Shown: piece by piece, positions 38,269 through 46,507 of the stretch
How the letters are laid out: each line of letters opens with the position of its first letter
How positions within the stretch are numbered: the stretch's first letter is position 1
From: Candidatus Kaiserbacteria bacterium
Lineage (GTDB): Bacteria; Patescibacteriota; Minisyncoccia; Phycocordibacterales; UBA2100
DNA length: 56,462 nt
Assembly: GCA_027083345.1 (NCBI GenBank)
Contig: JALWOZ010000030.1
Span: 66,977-123,438, forward strand
Reading direction: 5' to 3'
Notes under the pieces: generated by a model
Database searches by the model: none
Told to the model about the DNA's origin: nothing
The model's input: the letters and a program-made list of their open reading frames with translations, nothing else
Made by a program: the position numbers and the translations under genes

Positions 38269-38916
38269 ATGTTGTATATTTTCTATGGGACAGATGACAT
38301 TAAAATCCGTAATAAGATTAATGAGTTAATCAGTGCTTTGCGGAGTAAGGCGTCAGAAGCAGAGTTGATACGAATAACAAGTGAGAATGTTACAGGTGTT
38401 AATATTAGCAACTTGTTAAATACTCAAGGGCTCTTTAAGCGTAATTATATATTATACTTAGATAACATAGATGATGTTTTTTTAGGTTTCAATGATATTC
38501 AGCTTAAAGAGATGAAACACTCTAAAAATATATGTGTAGTATCATTAGGTAAGTTGAGTCTCAAAAATAAAAGCTTCTTAGAGCAATGTGCTAATAAAAT
38601 AACTGAATATTCTAAATTTAAAAAGAGTAATGCGGGGTTTAATATTTTTAGCATAGCAAATGCTATAAAGAGGAGAGACAAGAAAGGGATGTGGATTGCT
38701 CTTAATAAGGCTAGGTTTAGTGGGGTTGAGGGTGAGTCTGTGGTGGGTATGGCGTTTTGGGCGGTTAAAGATCTTTTTATTAAAAATAATACCAATAAGT
38801 ACTCTAAAAAAGAGCTTAAAGAGATGATTGTAGGGTTGTCGAGTTTGCCCCATAAAGCAAGACGAAAGGGCGTTAGTATATTTAATAAGTTAGAGAACTT
38901 CTTTTTAGGGTTATAG
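38269..38916 (+). CDS. holA: DNA polymerase III delta subunit-like protein, shortened
   Basis: 'MLYIFYGTDDIKIRNKI...LLNTQGLFKRNYILYLDN' and '...ANAIKRRDKKGMWIALNK' follow the HolA pattern. 215 aa versus ~330 typical. Confidence 0.45.
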   Translation: MLYIFYGTDDIKIRNKINELISALRSKASEAELIRITSENVTGVNISNLLNTQGLFKRNYILYLDNIDDVFLGFNDIQLKEMKHSKNICVVSLGKLSLKNKSFLEQCANKITEYSKFKKSNAGFNIFSIANAIKRRDKKGMWIALNKARFSGVEGESVVGMAFWAVKDLFIKNNTNKYSKKELKEMIVGLSSLPHKARRKGVSIFNKLENFFLGL

Positions 38917-39013
38917 AAACCTTATTTACATATAATTTTGTTGTGGTGTGTAAAGTGTATAATTATGTGTATAACATGGTTGTATAGTAGATATTTAGGG
39001 TTACAATTGTCAT

Positions 39014-42000
39014 ATGTCCAATGCTTTTAATGTGCTTTATAGACTATTTGCACCTTTGTTGGTTGTGGTACTTATAATTGTAGGGGTTGATTTAAGCTCC
39101 GGACTTATTAAAAACTCTCAAAGAGTACAAACAGCTATAGCCGGAGAGACTAGTGGTGATAAGACTGGAGAGAAAGCCAACTTGAATCCGTTTGCAAATG
39201 ACTATTCATTAAAGAGCGGTAAGTGTCCAATGGGTATAACTAAAGTTGTGCCGGACTCCTGTCCTAAAAAAGATATATTTGGCCGTTGTGTGCCTGGTCA
39301 GGTTTGTAAGGCGACCATAGTTAACAATGGTACAAAAATAGTTGTTAAAGGGTTCTTTAAGCCTGAGGATTGTTGTATAGCGGTTAAATACCCTGCCCCT
39401 AAGAGGGAAGGTTTCAAAATTAAACTGGAAGATATATTAAAAGGACTCGAGGGACTTAAGAGCTTAATGGGGGGAGGTGGAGGAGGAAGTATACCTGCTC
39501 CAGATGGAGGAGGGAATAAAAGTGGTAAGGCTCCTAGTTGTAGTAGCGCTACTGTCATACCATCCTCTCCTATAAATCCGGGAGACAGCGCAACTATAAC
39601 TTGGCTTATAGAGGGGGGGAAACCAGACAAGGTCAGTATATCGCCTGGTATTGGGTTAGTGCATGGTAGTAGTGTTAGTGTGTCTCCTGACATAAGCACT
39701 ACATATACAATAACCGCTACTAATAAGGCAGGTTCTACAACGTGCCCCGCAGTTAGGGTGCATGTTGGCCCCAGTACATATGACGACTCTACATTTGACA
39801 GCGCAAGTGGTACAACCAACTCTACAGATACAACTTCGGAGCAACAAGGGGGTTCTACCCCCAGCTCTGATGGAGGTGTAGTTGTGGGTGTGTCTAATGT
39901 GAGAGGGGCAAACGCTACTTATGACGACTTAACTCCCAAAGCAGGGGACAGCACTCAACAAGGCGACACAAGAGCATTAACTAACAATGAGGGAGATAAT
40001 AACAACACCTCTTATAATTCAGATACCTCAACAGATGCACTGACTCCTATTGGTAGAGATTATTATAAAGACACCTATACTGATTTTAATTCAGATAGTG
40101 TAAATAGTAATAATGGAGTGGGTGTCCAAAGTATTGACCAAACCACACTTGGCGATGTTAATGATTATGTTGATTATCAAGAGACACAACCGCAGACTTA
40201 TCAAAATGGAGTGGTTAATAATGACCCACAAAAGACAAATGGTTTAACTAATGAAGAGTTATATGGTGTGTGGCACAGACCGCAGAGCCCCGTAACCGGG
40301 AGCTTCAGCTCTTCAGGAGTTGGGGGTAATGATAATGCTATAAGGATTACAAATGAGCAATTGCAAGAGGACACCTTTACTAAAGTTTTAAAGTGGTTTA
40401 AGGGCACGTTTTGTTTTTGGTGTAATGACACTACTGCGTATGTAGATTCTAATAGTCAAGTAGCCAGACCCGCCATTAATTGGGGTAATCCAGCTCCTTA
40501 TTACATAGGCAGTAAACCATCTGAGGATCAAAACAATTATAATGTTTCACCTTTTACTCCAGAGCAATTGCAGCAAATGATAGAGAGCACTTCTGGTGGT
40601 AACTCAGATGAAACCACTAATAATAAACCACCATCCCAAGTCCTTGAGAGTTCTAATTGTTTCAAATTAATTCATTTAGAGGATGGTAGTAATAAGAGAA
40701 TAAATGTGTGTTCTCCAACCCTAAATACATCCTATGATCAATTAATAAAGGATTGTACTAATAGAGGCGGAGTTTTGAGTGGAATTGGCTTAGGAAGTCT
40801 TAGGTGTATAGTCAATGACCACCTAACTTCACTGGGTTGGTCATTTGATTGGACTCTACCAGGTAGAAACGGTCAACCAGTAAGACATAAAATATTGCAC
40901 ATAGGAGTTGTTGACACCGCACAGCAGATTACTAAAAACATTCAAGATTCCAATAAAGATATAAAACAATTTACAATTACAAAAAACAACACTCAAGATA
41001 AGTATAATTTTACAGTGTTTAAAAAGGGTTGGTATAGAAATAATTGGTTAGAAGTTTGGATAACTCATAATAATATAAAAGATGGAAATATCACATTTAT
41101 AGGCAAGAGAAAGGCTTCAGTGTCATGTAAATCTGATAAATTAGCAATAGTAGGTAATCTACATACACCCATTGGGGGTTCTCCACTTGAAAATGTCGAT
41201 TCTTATTATGAAAAAATTGTTGGTGATTATAAGATAGACCTAACAGATGGGCAAAAGACACCAGATGATTGGGACGGATTCTTAGGTTATGGATTTTATT
41301 GTGGAGATGTAAAGGGTGCCACTGTTGGAGATGGGACTAATAACACTAACACACAAAGTCAGCAACCCGCAGAGACACCACAGAGCCCAACCAGTACTAG
41401 GAATGTTATAGGAGGATACCCGAATTCAAACATCGGAATGCCAGATCCTCCTAGTGGCACAGATAAAACACAAACTCCAGACACATCGTACGATCAATTA
41501 ATAAAGGATTGTGCTAATAGAGGCGGAGTTTTGAGTGGAGTTGGCTTAGGAAGTCTTAGGTGTGTTAAATCTCCTACTCCCAATCCTTCTGTTTCTACAC
41601 CAACACCAACAAGTGCAGGACAACCCAAAACACGCTCCGGTTTTGACAATGTCCAATTTGGCGATGGTGTAGAGTGTCAAAGTGGATATAAGAATATAGG
41701 AGGTAGGTGTGTTTATTTTGGATATTCAACACAAACAGGTACAGAACATCAACAGACTACCAGTAACCCTCTACCATCTAATATACAAGAGGTTCCATCC
41801 CTTCAACCACAAGTAACTCAACAATCAACTTCAGATACACAAAATACACAATATACTCAACCATACCCACAACCCCCACAGTACAGACAACAACCTCCTG
41901 TCTACATACAACAGCAACCACAACAGCGACCATATTATGCACAACAACCAAATAGGTTACCTAAAAAACAAAAGAAGGAGAAGAGTTGGTTTGAGAAGTT

Positions 42001-42739
42001 GATAGACTCTCTAAAGGGCGGTACAGGTAGCGGAGGTAGAGGTGGTGATAATAATTCTAATAGAGATAATCCTAATAACAACAACACAGATAACAATACA
42101 GATCAGCCTAAATTCCCAGAGGTTGTGGCTAAGCCACAATGTATATCTTTTGAGTCAAATAAGATAGAGATTAACAAAGGCGATGAGATAGTGTTGCAAT
42201 GGGTGGTTAAAGGAGCTACTAAATTGATAATATCTCCAAAGGTAGAGGTTATCACCGTGTCTAATAGCTCTGGAGACAAAAAACAAATAGCTAAGGCCAC
42301 TCCTGATAACTCTGTGAAGTATACGTTAACAGCAATAAACAAAGATGGAGACTCACACACTTGCCAAACTAAGCAAATTGTAGTCAAAGACGAGACACCA
42401 GCTCCTGTGTGTAGTGGAGCAATAGATAATGTAGATATATCCGTAGATCCGGAGAGTATAACCAGACCAGCCTGCGACCCTGAGTTAAATGGAGACGAGT
42501 GTGATAACGCTTGGGATGGTAAACCTATTAAAATAAAATGGAGTGTAACACCTAATGAGTGTATTGCTAATTGTGTAGTCGGCAATCAAGATGGAGAGAT
42601 CTGGACGAGTAAAGAGGACTTAGAAAAGGGAGAGAATACGGGTCAACTTAGAGATACAAGTATATTTAAAATACAATGTACAGACGGAGTTGGTAATAGT
42701 GTAGATGCACAAACTGAGGCTAAAGTCATACAACAATAA
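39014..42739 (+). CDS. 1241-aa membrane-anchored surface protein with Ig-like Cys-bounded modules and low-complexity tracts
   Basis: N-terminal anchor 'LFAPLLVVVLIIVGVDL' and a Gly run. Three modules of pattern C...I.W...[KT]Y.[IL].A...C (about 39534-39765, 42127-42380, 42400-42736). S/T/N/D-rich tract. Q/P-rich tract (about 41795-41985). Internal 81-nt repeat. Confidence 0.8.
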   Translation: MSNAFNVLYRLFAPLLVVVLIIVGVDLSSGLIKNSQRVQTAIAGETSGDKTGEKANLNPFANDYSLKSGKCPMGITKVVPDSCPKKDIFGRCVPGQVCKATIVNNGTKIVVKGFFKPEDCCIAVKYPAPKREGFKIKLEDILKGLEGLKSLMGGGGGGSIPAPDGGGNKSGKAPSCSSATVIPSSPINPGDSATITWLIEGGKPDKVSISPGIGLVHGSSVSVSPDISTTYTITATNKAGSTTCPAVRVHVGPSTYDDSTFDSASGTTNSTDTTSEQQGGSTPSSDGGVVVGVSNVRGANATYDDLTPKAGDSTQQGDTRALTNNEGDNNNTSYNSDTSTDALTPIGRDYYKDTYTDFNSDSVNSNNGVGVQSIDQTTLGDVNDYVDYQETQPQTYQNGVVNNDPQKTNGLTNEELYGVWHRPQSPVTGSFSSSGVGGNDNAIRITNEQLQEDTFTKVLKWFKGTFCFWCNDTTAYVDSNSQVARPAINWGNPAPYYIGSKPSEDQNNYNVSPFTPEQLQQMIESTSGGNSDETTNNKPPSQVLESSNCFKLIHLEDGSNKRINVCSPTLNTSYDQLIKDCTNRGGVLSGIGLGSLRCIVNDHLTSLGWSFDWTLPGRNGQPVRHKILHIGVVDTAQQITKNIQDSNKDIKQFTITKNNTQDKYNFTVFKKGWYRNNWLEVWITHNNIKDGNITFIGKRKASVSCKSDKLAIVGNLHTPIGGSPLENVDSYYEKIVGDYKIDLTDGQKTPDDWDGFLGYGFYCGDVKGATVGDGTNNTNTQSQQPAETPQSPTSTRNVIGGYPNSNIGMPDPPSGTDKTQTPDTSYDQLIKDCANRGGVLSGVGLGSLRCVKSPTPNPSVSTPTPTSAGQPKTRSGFDNVQFGDGVECQSGYKNIGGRCVYFGYSTQTGTEHQQTTSNPLPSNIQEVPSLQPQVTQQSTSDTQNTQYTQPYPQPPQYRQQPPVYIQQQPQQRPYYAQQPNRLPKKQKKEKSWFEKLIDSLKGGTGSGGRGGDNNSNRDNPNNNNTDNNTDQPKFPEVVAKPQCISFESNKIEINKGDEIVLQWVVKGATKLIISPKVEVITVSNSSGDKKQIAKATPDNSVKYTLTAINKDGDSHTCQTKQIVVKDETPAPVCSGAIDNVDISVDPESITRPACDPELNGDECDNAWDGKPIKIKWSVTPNECIANCVVGNQDGEIWTSKEDLEKGENTGQLRDTSIFKIQCTDGVGNSVDAQTEAKVIQQ
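40727..40807 (+). repeat. internal direct repeat, copy 1 (encodes TSYDQLIKDCTNRGGVLSGIGLGSLRC)
   Basis: 77/81 nt identical to 41483-41563. The offset is 756 nt, exactly 252 codons. Confidence 0.9.
41483..41563 (+). repeat. internal direct repeat, copy 2 (encodes TSYDQLIKDCANRGGVLSGVGLGSLRC)
   Basis: See 40727-40807. Confidence 0.9.
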
Positions 42740-42744
42740 TAGGT

Positions 42745-43950
42745 ATGAGGAACGCAATATTAACAACTAGCTTGGTGATTGCTGTTATTATGTTCGTGTT
42801 GCAATTCCCGACAGATACACTTCTGAGTCCTGCACGCTCTCTTGGGCTAGTTTTGCAATCCCAAGCTTCATATGGAGAGCATGTGGCTGTGGTGATAGAC
42901 AAAGTGGTTAAAAATATTCACGCTAGGATACCTAATGCCGAGATTACTCACGCTGATGTACTAACTATTATGTGTATGGAGTCTGCAGGGTTGTTAGGTA
43001 GGAGACAAACCATAACATCTGGGGCTGGTGCACGTGGTGTAACTCAGGTTATGCCAGCCACATTAAGATATTATGCCAGTAGTCATGTTGGAGGGTTTTA
43101 TTTGCCAAATAGGCCCGACTTATTATATGACGACCTTAGATACTCTATAGAGGCAGGAGCTCTTATATACAATCATCATTTAATGAACTATGTCCCAAGA
43201 TATGGGAATACAAGAGGTAGAACAAAGGCAGCCATAGCATATAATGGTGGTCCAGGTAGGGTAAACAGTAGGAGTTTACCTAGAGAAACTTATAATTACG
43301 CTTATAGAAAACTGCCAAATTGTTTTAATAAAATAATAAGAGGGCAATCACCTGTTAATACGTCTATTTGGAAGTCTATGATGGCTAAGACAGTGCAAAT
43401 TACAGGGGGCAGACTCCTAGGTAGGGTCAATGGTGTTGCCTCAGCTATACCATCTATAAATACAGCCCCAAGATTGGTAGATAAAATAACCGCTTCTAAT
43501 AATCAATGGTGGCAGTCTAGTGCAGGGAGGAGGGTCGCACAGAGTCAGCTTTTGGCTCCTGGTGGCTACAATAACTCCACTAATAGTGTAGACGACTCAA
43601 GGACCAGAAAAGTAAATTGGTTAAAGAGCTTATTTAATAATAGTGTTGCAAGGTCAACAAATGGTAATGATATTAAAAAACATAATACCAGTCAGAGTAC
43701 TAATAAAAATATTTCAAAATATCCAAAAGCTAAGATTAGTTGTCAGAGACGTAAGGAGCTTGTTAGGGTAAAGTGGACGTGCCCAACAGGCACTACCATT
43801 AGTAGAGGTACTGCAACTAAAGGTGTCGAGTTTGATACGGGTGGTGCTAATGTAGGTGTTGTTGTATTTAAAAATATTGATAAATCTGAGTATATATTGC
43901 AATGCCTTAAGGGGCATAAGTTATATGCTAGATCTAGGTGTAGCATATAG
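42745..43950 (+). CDS. secreted lytic transglycosylase (SLT/GH23-like) with a C-terminal Cys-bounded module
   Basis: N-terminal TM/signal. 'IMCMESAGL...GARGVTQVMPATL...IAYNGGPGRV' is an SLT motif series. C-terminal 'ISCQRRKELVRVKWTC...EYILQCL...RCSI'. Confidence 0.65.
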   Translation: MRNAILTTSLVIAVIMFVLQFPTDTLLSPARSLGLVLQSQASYGEHVAVVIDKVVKNIHARIPNAEITHADVLTIMCMESAGLLGRRQTITSGAGARGVTQVMPATLRYYASSHVGGFYLPNRPDLLYDDLRYSIEAGALIYNHHLMNYVPRYGNTRGRTKAAIAYNGGPGRVNSRSLPRETYNYAYRKLPNCFNKIIRGQSPVNTSIWKSMMAKTVQITGGRLLGRVNGVASAIPSINTAPRLVDKITASNNQWWQSSAGRRVAQSQLLAPGGYNNSTNSVDDSRTRKVNWLKSLFNNSVARSTNGNDIKKHNTSQSTNKNISKYPKAKISCQRRKELVRVKWTCPTGTTISRGTATKGVEFDTGGANVGVVVFKNIDKSEYILQCLKGHKLYARSRCSI

Positions 43951-43995
43951 TATTATTTGTTATTAAATATAGCCGGATAGTTGTGGTAGAATTAG

Positions 43996-45396
43996 ATGAT
44001 GAAGTTTGCTAGGTATAAGTATGCTTTTATTGTACTAGTTGCTTTACTGATGTTTGCTGGTATTACGCGCGCACAAACTCCTACTCTAGGTAAGATAGAT
44101 TTAACAGATGTCGGTAGGGTTGCTGGTGCCACTTGTGATGTAGAGAAGGCATATGCTTTTTTGCAATCCAGAGCAGTAGGGCACGGGTGGAAGATAACAC
44201 CAGGACAAGGAGGTAGTCCAGGACTTGACCCGGAGTTTGCATGTAGATTAGAGAGACTTTTTAAAGCTGCTGGTTGCGGGGTTATTTTTAGTGCTGTGCG
44301 AGATAGGCAAGATACTATAAGAGCTTGTGGTACAGATAAAGGCAGGAGAGGGTGCAATGCCTATGGCAGGTCGTGTCATAATTATGGGCTTGCTGTTGAT
44401 GTGGGCGATGGTAGTTGTGCTTTAAAATTGAGGAGGATGGCCCCACAGTTTAAATTACACTTTCCTTACAGCAAGCCTCATATACAATGTATAGAGCATA
44501 GGTATCCTCACTGTAGTGCCGAGACGATATCATGTGGAGGCAGAGAAAATTCTAGGTCAGTCTCGGATATTATAAAAAAGTTTTATGAGGATAATCCTAC
44601 TTTAAAAGATGCTGTGTCTAATATCATTAATACATCTCAACCATCTCAACAACAATCTTATACTCAAAACTTTGGAGATACTCAAGGTAGTATTAATACC
44701 AACAGAGGTATATCTAATCAATTGCCTAGCCAATCGTTTGGTGGAGGCCAATCTAATAACTCTAACAGAGGCGGGCAAAATACAATATATAATTCTAAAA
44801 GGCAGAATCAATATCGAAACTTACAACAACAAAATAGAGTGCAACATTCTATTTGGGACTTTTTTAAATTTAAAAAGAGAGTTGCCAGTATCTCATGTGC
44901 GTCTAATGAGATAAATGCAGGAGAGAGAGTGTTGATTAAATGGAGCTGTGGCGGAGGTAGTGATAGGAGTAGAGGGGGTACAACAAAAATAGAAAATAGA
45001 TTTAACACCAGAGGGATTTTGGTAGGTGGTGGTTATGCGAGACCTCTAACAAATACTAAATATATGATACAGTGCTTATCTAACGATAAGGTTATAGGAG
45101 AAGATGTCTGTAGTATAGATGTCAAAGGTTCTGTGTATTCTACTATTAAGGATTCAAAACCAAACCCTATATATCTAAAGTCTAAACAAGAAATTTTGTC
45201 TTGGGGGTCCGGTACAACAATAAGTTGGTATGCAAAAGGAGCTAAGAGCTGTATTTTGCGAGGTGGTAGTGTTAGAGAGGTTGGTATTAAAGGTTCTGTG
45301 AGTACTGGTAGACTATTCCACTCTACTGTATATGCTTTAGAGTGTGATTTGGGGTCAATAACAGAGATGAAGAAGATTGAAGTTGTTGTAAGATAA
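43996..45396 (+). CDS. secreted peptidase M15-like (VanY/YcbK-type) cell-wall hydrolase with two C-terminal Cys-bounded modules
   Basis: Signal peptide 'FIVLVALLMFAGITRAQ'. 'SAVRDRQDT...SCHNYGLAVDV' fits the H-x6-D zinc motif of M15 peptidases. Asn/Gln-rich linker. Modules at about 44881-45123 and 45160-45393. Confidence 0.5.
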   Translation: MMKFARYKYAFIVLVALLMFAGITRAQTPTLGKIDLTDVGRVAGATCDVEKAYAFLQSRAVGHGWKITPGQGGSPGLDPEFACRLERLFKAAGCGVIFSAVRDRQDTIRACGTDKGRRGCNAYGRSCHNYGLAVDVGDGSCALKLRRMAPQFKLHFPYSKPHIQCIEHRYPHCSAETISCGGRENSRSVSDIIKKFYEDNPTLKDAVSNIINTSQPSQQQSYTQNFGDTQGSINTNRGISNQLPSQSFGGGQSNNSNRGGQNTIYNSKRQNQYRNLQQQNRVQHSIWDFFKFKKRVASISCASNEINAGERVLIKWSCGGGSDRSRGGTTKIENRFNTRGILVGGGYARPLTNTKYMIQCLSNDKVIGEDVCSIDVKGSVYSTIKDSKPNPIYLKSKQEILSWGSGTTISWYAKGAKSCILRGGSVREVGIKGSVSTGRLFHSTVYALECDLGSITEMKKIEVVVR

Positions 45397-45399
45397 TTG

Positions 45400-45472
45400 T
45401 CCGCCCAGCAGGGCTCGAACCTGCGACACACGGATTAAGAGTCCGTTGCTCTACCAGCTGAGCTATGGGCGG
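45400..45472 (-). tRNA. tRNA-Lys (anticodon CUU)
   Basis: Hand-folded cloverleaf: acceptor CCGCCCA/TGGGCGG, D arm GCTC-AGCTGGTA-GAGC, anticodon arm ACGGA-CTCTTAA-TCCGT, T arm GCAGG-TTCGAGC-CCTGC. CCA is not encoded. As read, the first pair is an unusual C1-G72. Confidence 0.85.
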
Positions 45473-45483
45473 ATATTGTTTTT

Positions 45484-45562
45484 AGTCTCATGTTTGAGAC
45501 ACACGCAAGGGTTTAATGTAGAGTCCCTTTCTCTACCGCCGCTAGGCAAGCTATGGGCGGAT
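45484..45562 (-). pseudogene. decayed tandem copy of tRNA-Lys
   Basis: Shares atccgcccatagct (14/14), ggtagag, gggactct and gtgtgtc blocks in the same order as the intact tRNA. It has insertions in the D and anticodon loops, no T-loop consensus, and no 3' acceptor strand. Confidence 0.6.
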
Positions 45563-45577
45563 GCAATAGATTGTACA

Positions 45578-46444
45578 TTAATATTTCAATACATCAACAA
45601 CCCTACCTTGTGAGTCTAAGAGTTGTATAGCCTCATAAGTGTTTCTCCATATTTCAGCATTGTGGTTAAGATACAAATACCAACCACCATTATTAAATAT
45701 TTTATACCCCTCCTTGTTAAAGCCGTCAGATAAACAAGAGTGATAGTTTAATTTCCTAGCTACAAGATCACGACATGCAGGTAGTAAATTTGCCGGCATC
45801 TCGTTGGTGTACGATTTGCAAGATTTTGCTTGCCTTAGAAAGTCTATGCACTCTGCTCCATAGGTCTTAACGTTTTCCGGAGTGGGGGGTAAAATGGTTT
45901 TAGTATCAACACATGTACTACTTAGGGTAGGAGTAAAGTTATTGAATTCAGATATATAGCCTATACACTTATTAGTATGGAAGGAGGGGGTTACACTATA
46001 AATAGGAGATCTACCAGATATAAGTATGGCATACTCTCCGGGTGCTAAGTACACTGGGTCGGTTGTATTTGAGCCTATCATCTTTAACATCAAAGTAGCT
46101 GGAGGGAAGTATACCTTAGTATTTGAGACTATAGATTTTATAGACCAGCCAGACATGTCTATTGCTGTACTATTAGACTTTTTCGCTCTTATGTATATAT
46201 ACTCCTTATCAGGATTCTCTTGTTTTGGAGTGCTCTTTTCAGAGATGGTTATAGCACCTCTTAGAGGAGATGGATTACTCCATAGTTCTGCATCTGTTAT
46301 TTGTAAGGGTGGTCTATTGTTTAATACTCTAGACCAGCTAATATTGCTAGATACAACACCTTTTAATAAATAATAGGCTATTACTAAAAGTATAAACACA
46401 AAAACAACTTTTAAAAAGTCAAACATTAATAGTATTATACACAA
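45578..46444 (-). CDS. TM-anchored lamin-tail-domain (LTD)-like protein with a Cys-rich C-terminal half
   Basis: TM 'FLKVVFVFILLVIAYYLL'. 'EYIYIRAKKSNSTAIDMSGWSIKS...LAPGEYAILISG' follows the LTD pattern (E[FY]IEL.N....DLSGW.L....L.PG). Confidence 0.5.
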   Translation of the reverse strand: MCIILLMFDFLKVVFVFILLVIAYYLLKGVVSSNISWSRVLNNRPPLQITDAELWSNPSPLRGAITISEKSTPKQENPDKEYIYIRAKKSNSTAIDMSGWSIKSIVSNTKVYFPPATLMLKMIGSNTTDPVYLAPGEYAILISGRSPIYSVTPSFHTNKCIGYISEFNNFTPTLSSTCVDTKTILPPTPENVKTYGAECIDFLRQAKSCKSYTNEMPANLLPACRDLVARKLNYHSCLSDGFNKEGYKIFNNGGWYLYLNHNAEIWRNTYEAIQLLDSQGRVVDVLKY

Positions 46445-46507
46445 AAGTGGGGTGTATTTGTTATTTTAATAAAGTATACTGTGTATATAGTAAATAATAA
46501 TAAGATT

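Noticed and set aside
39298-39847. Antisense ORFs 39298-39819 and 39656-39847 inside the giant protein gene
   Set aside because: They lie within a locally GC-rich stretch of a long, well-supported + strand ORF. They are typical antisense shadows.
45033-45431. 132-aa minus-strand ORF
   Set aside because: It overlaps the 3' part of the M15-like gene and the tRNA-Lys gene.
45484-45562. Second tRNA (possibly intron-containing) next to tRNA-Lys
   Set aside because: There is no 3' acceptor strand complementary to CCGCCCA. The T loop lacks TTCRA, and the anticodon loop would be about 13 nt. It is called a decayed copy instead.
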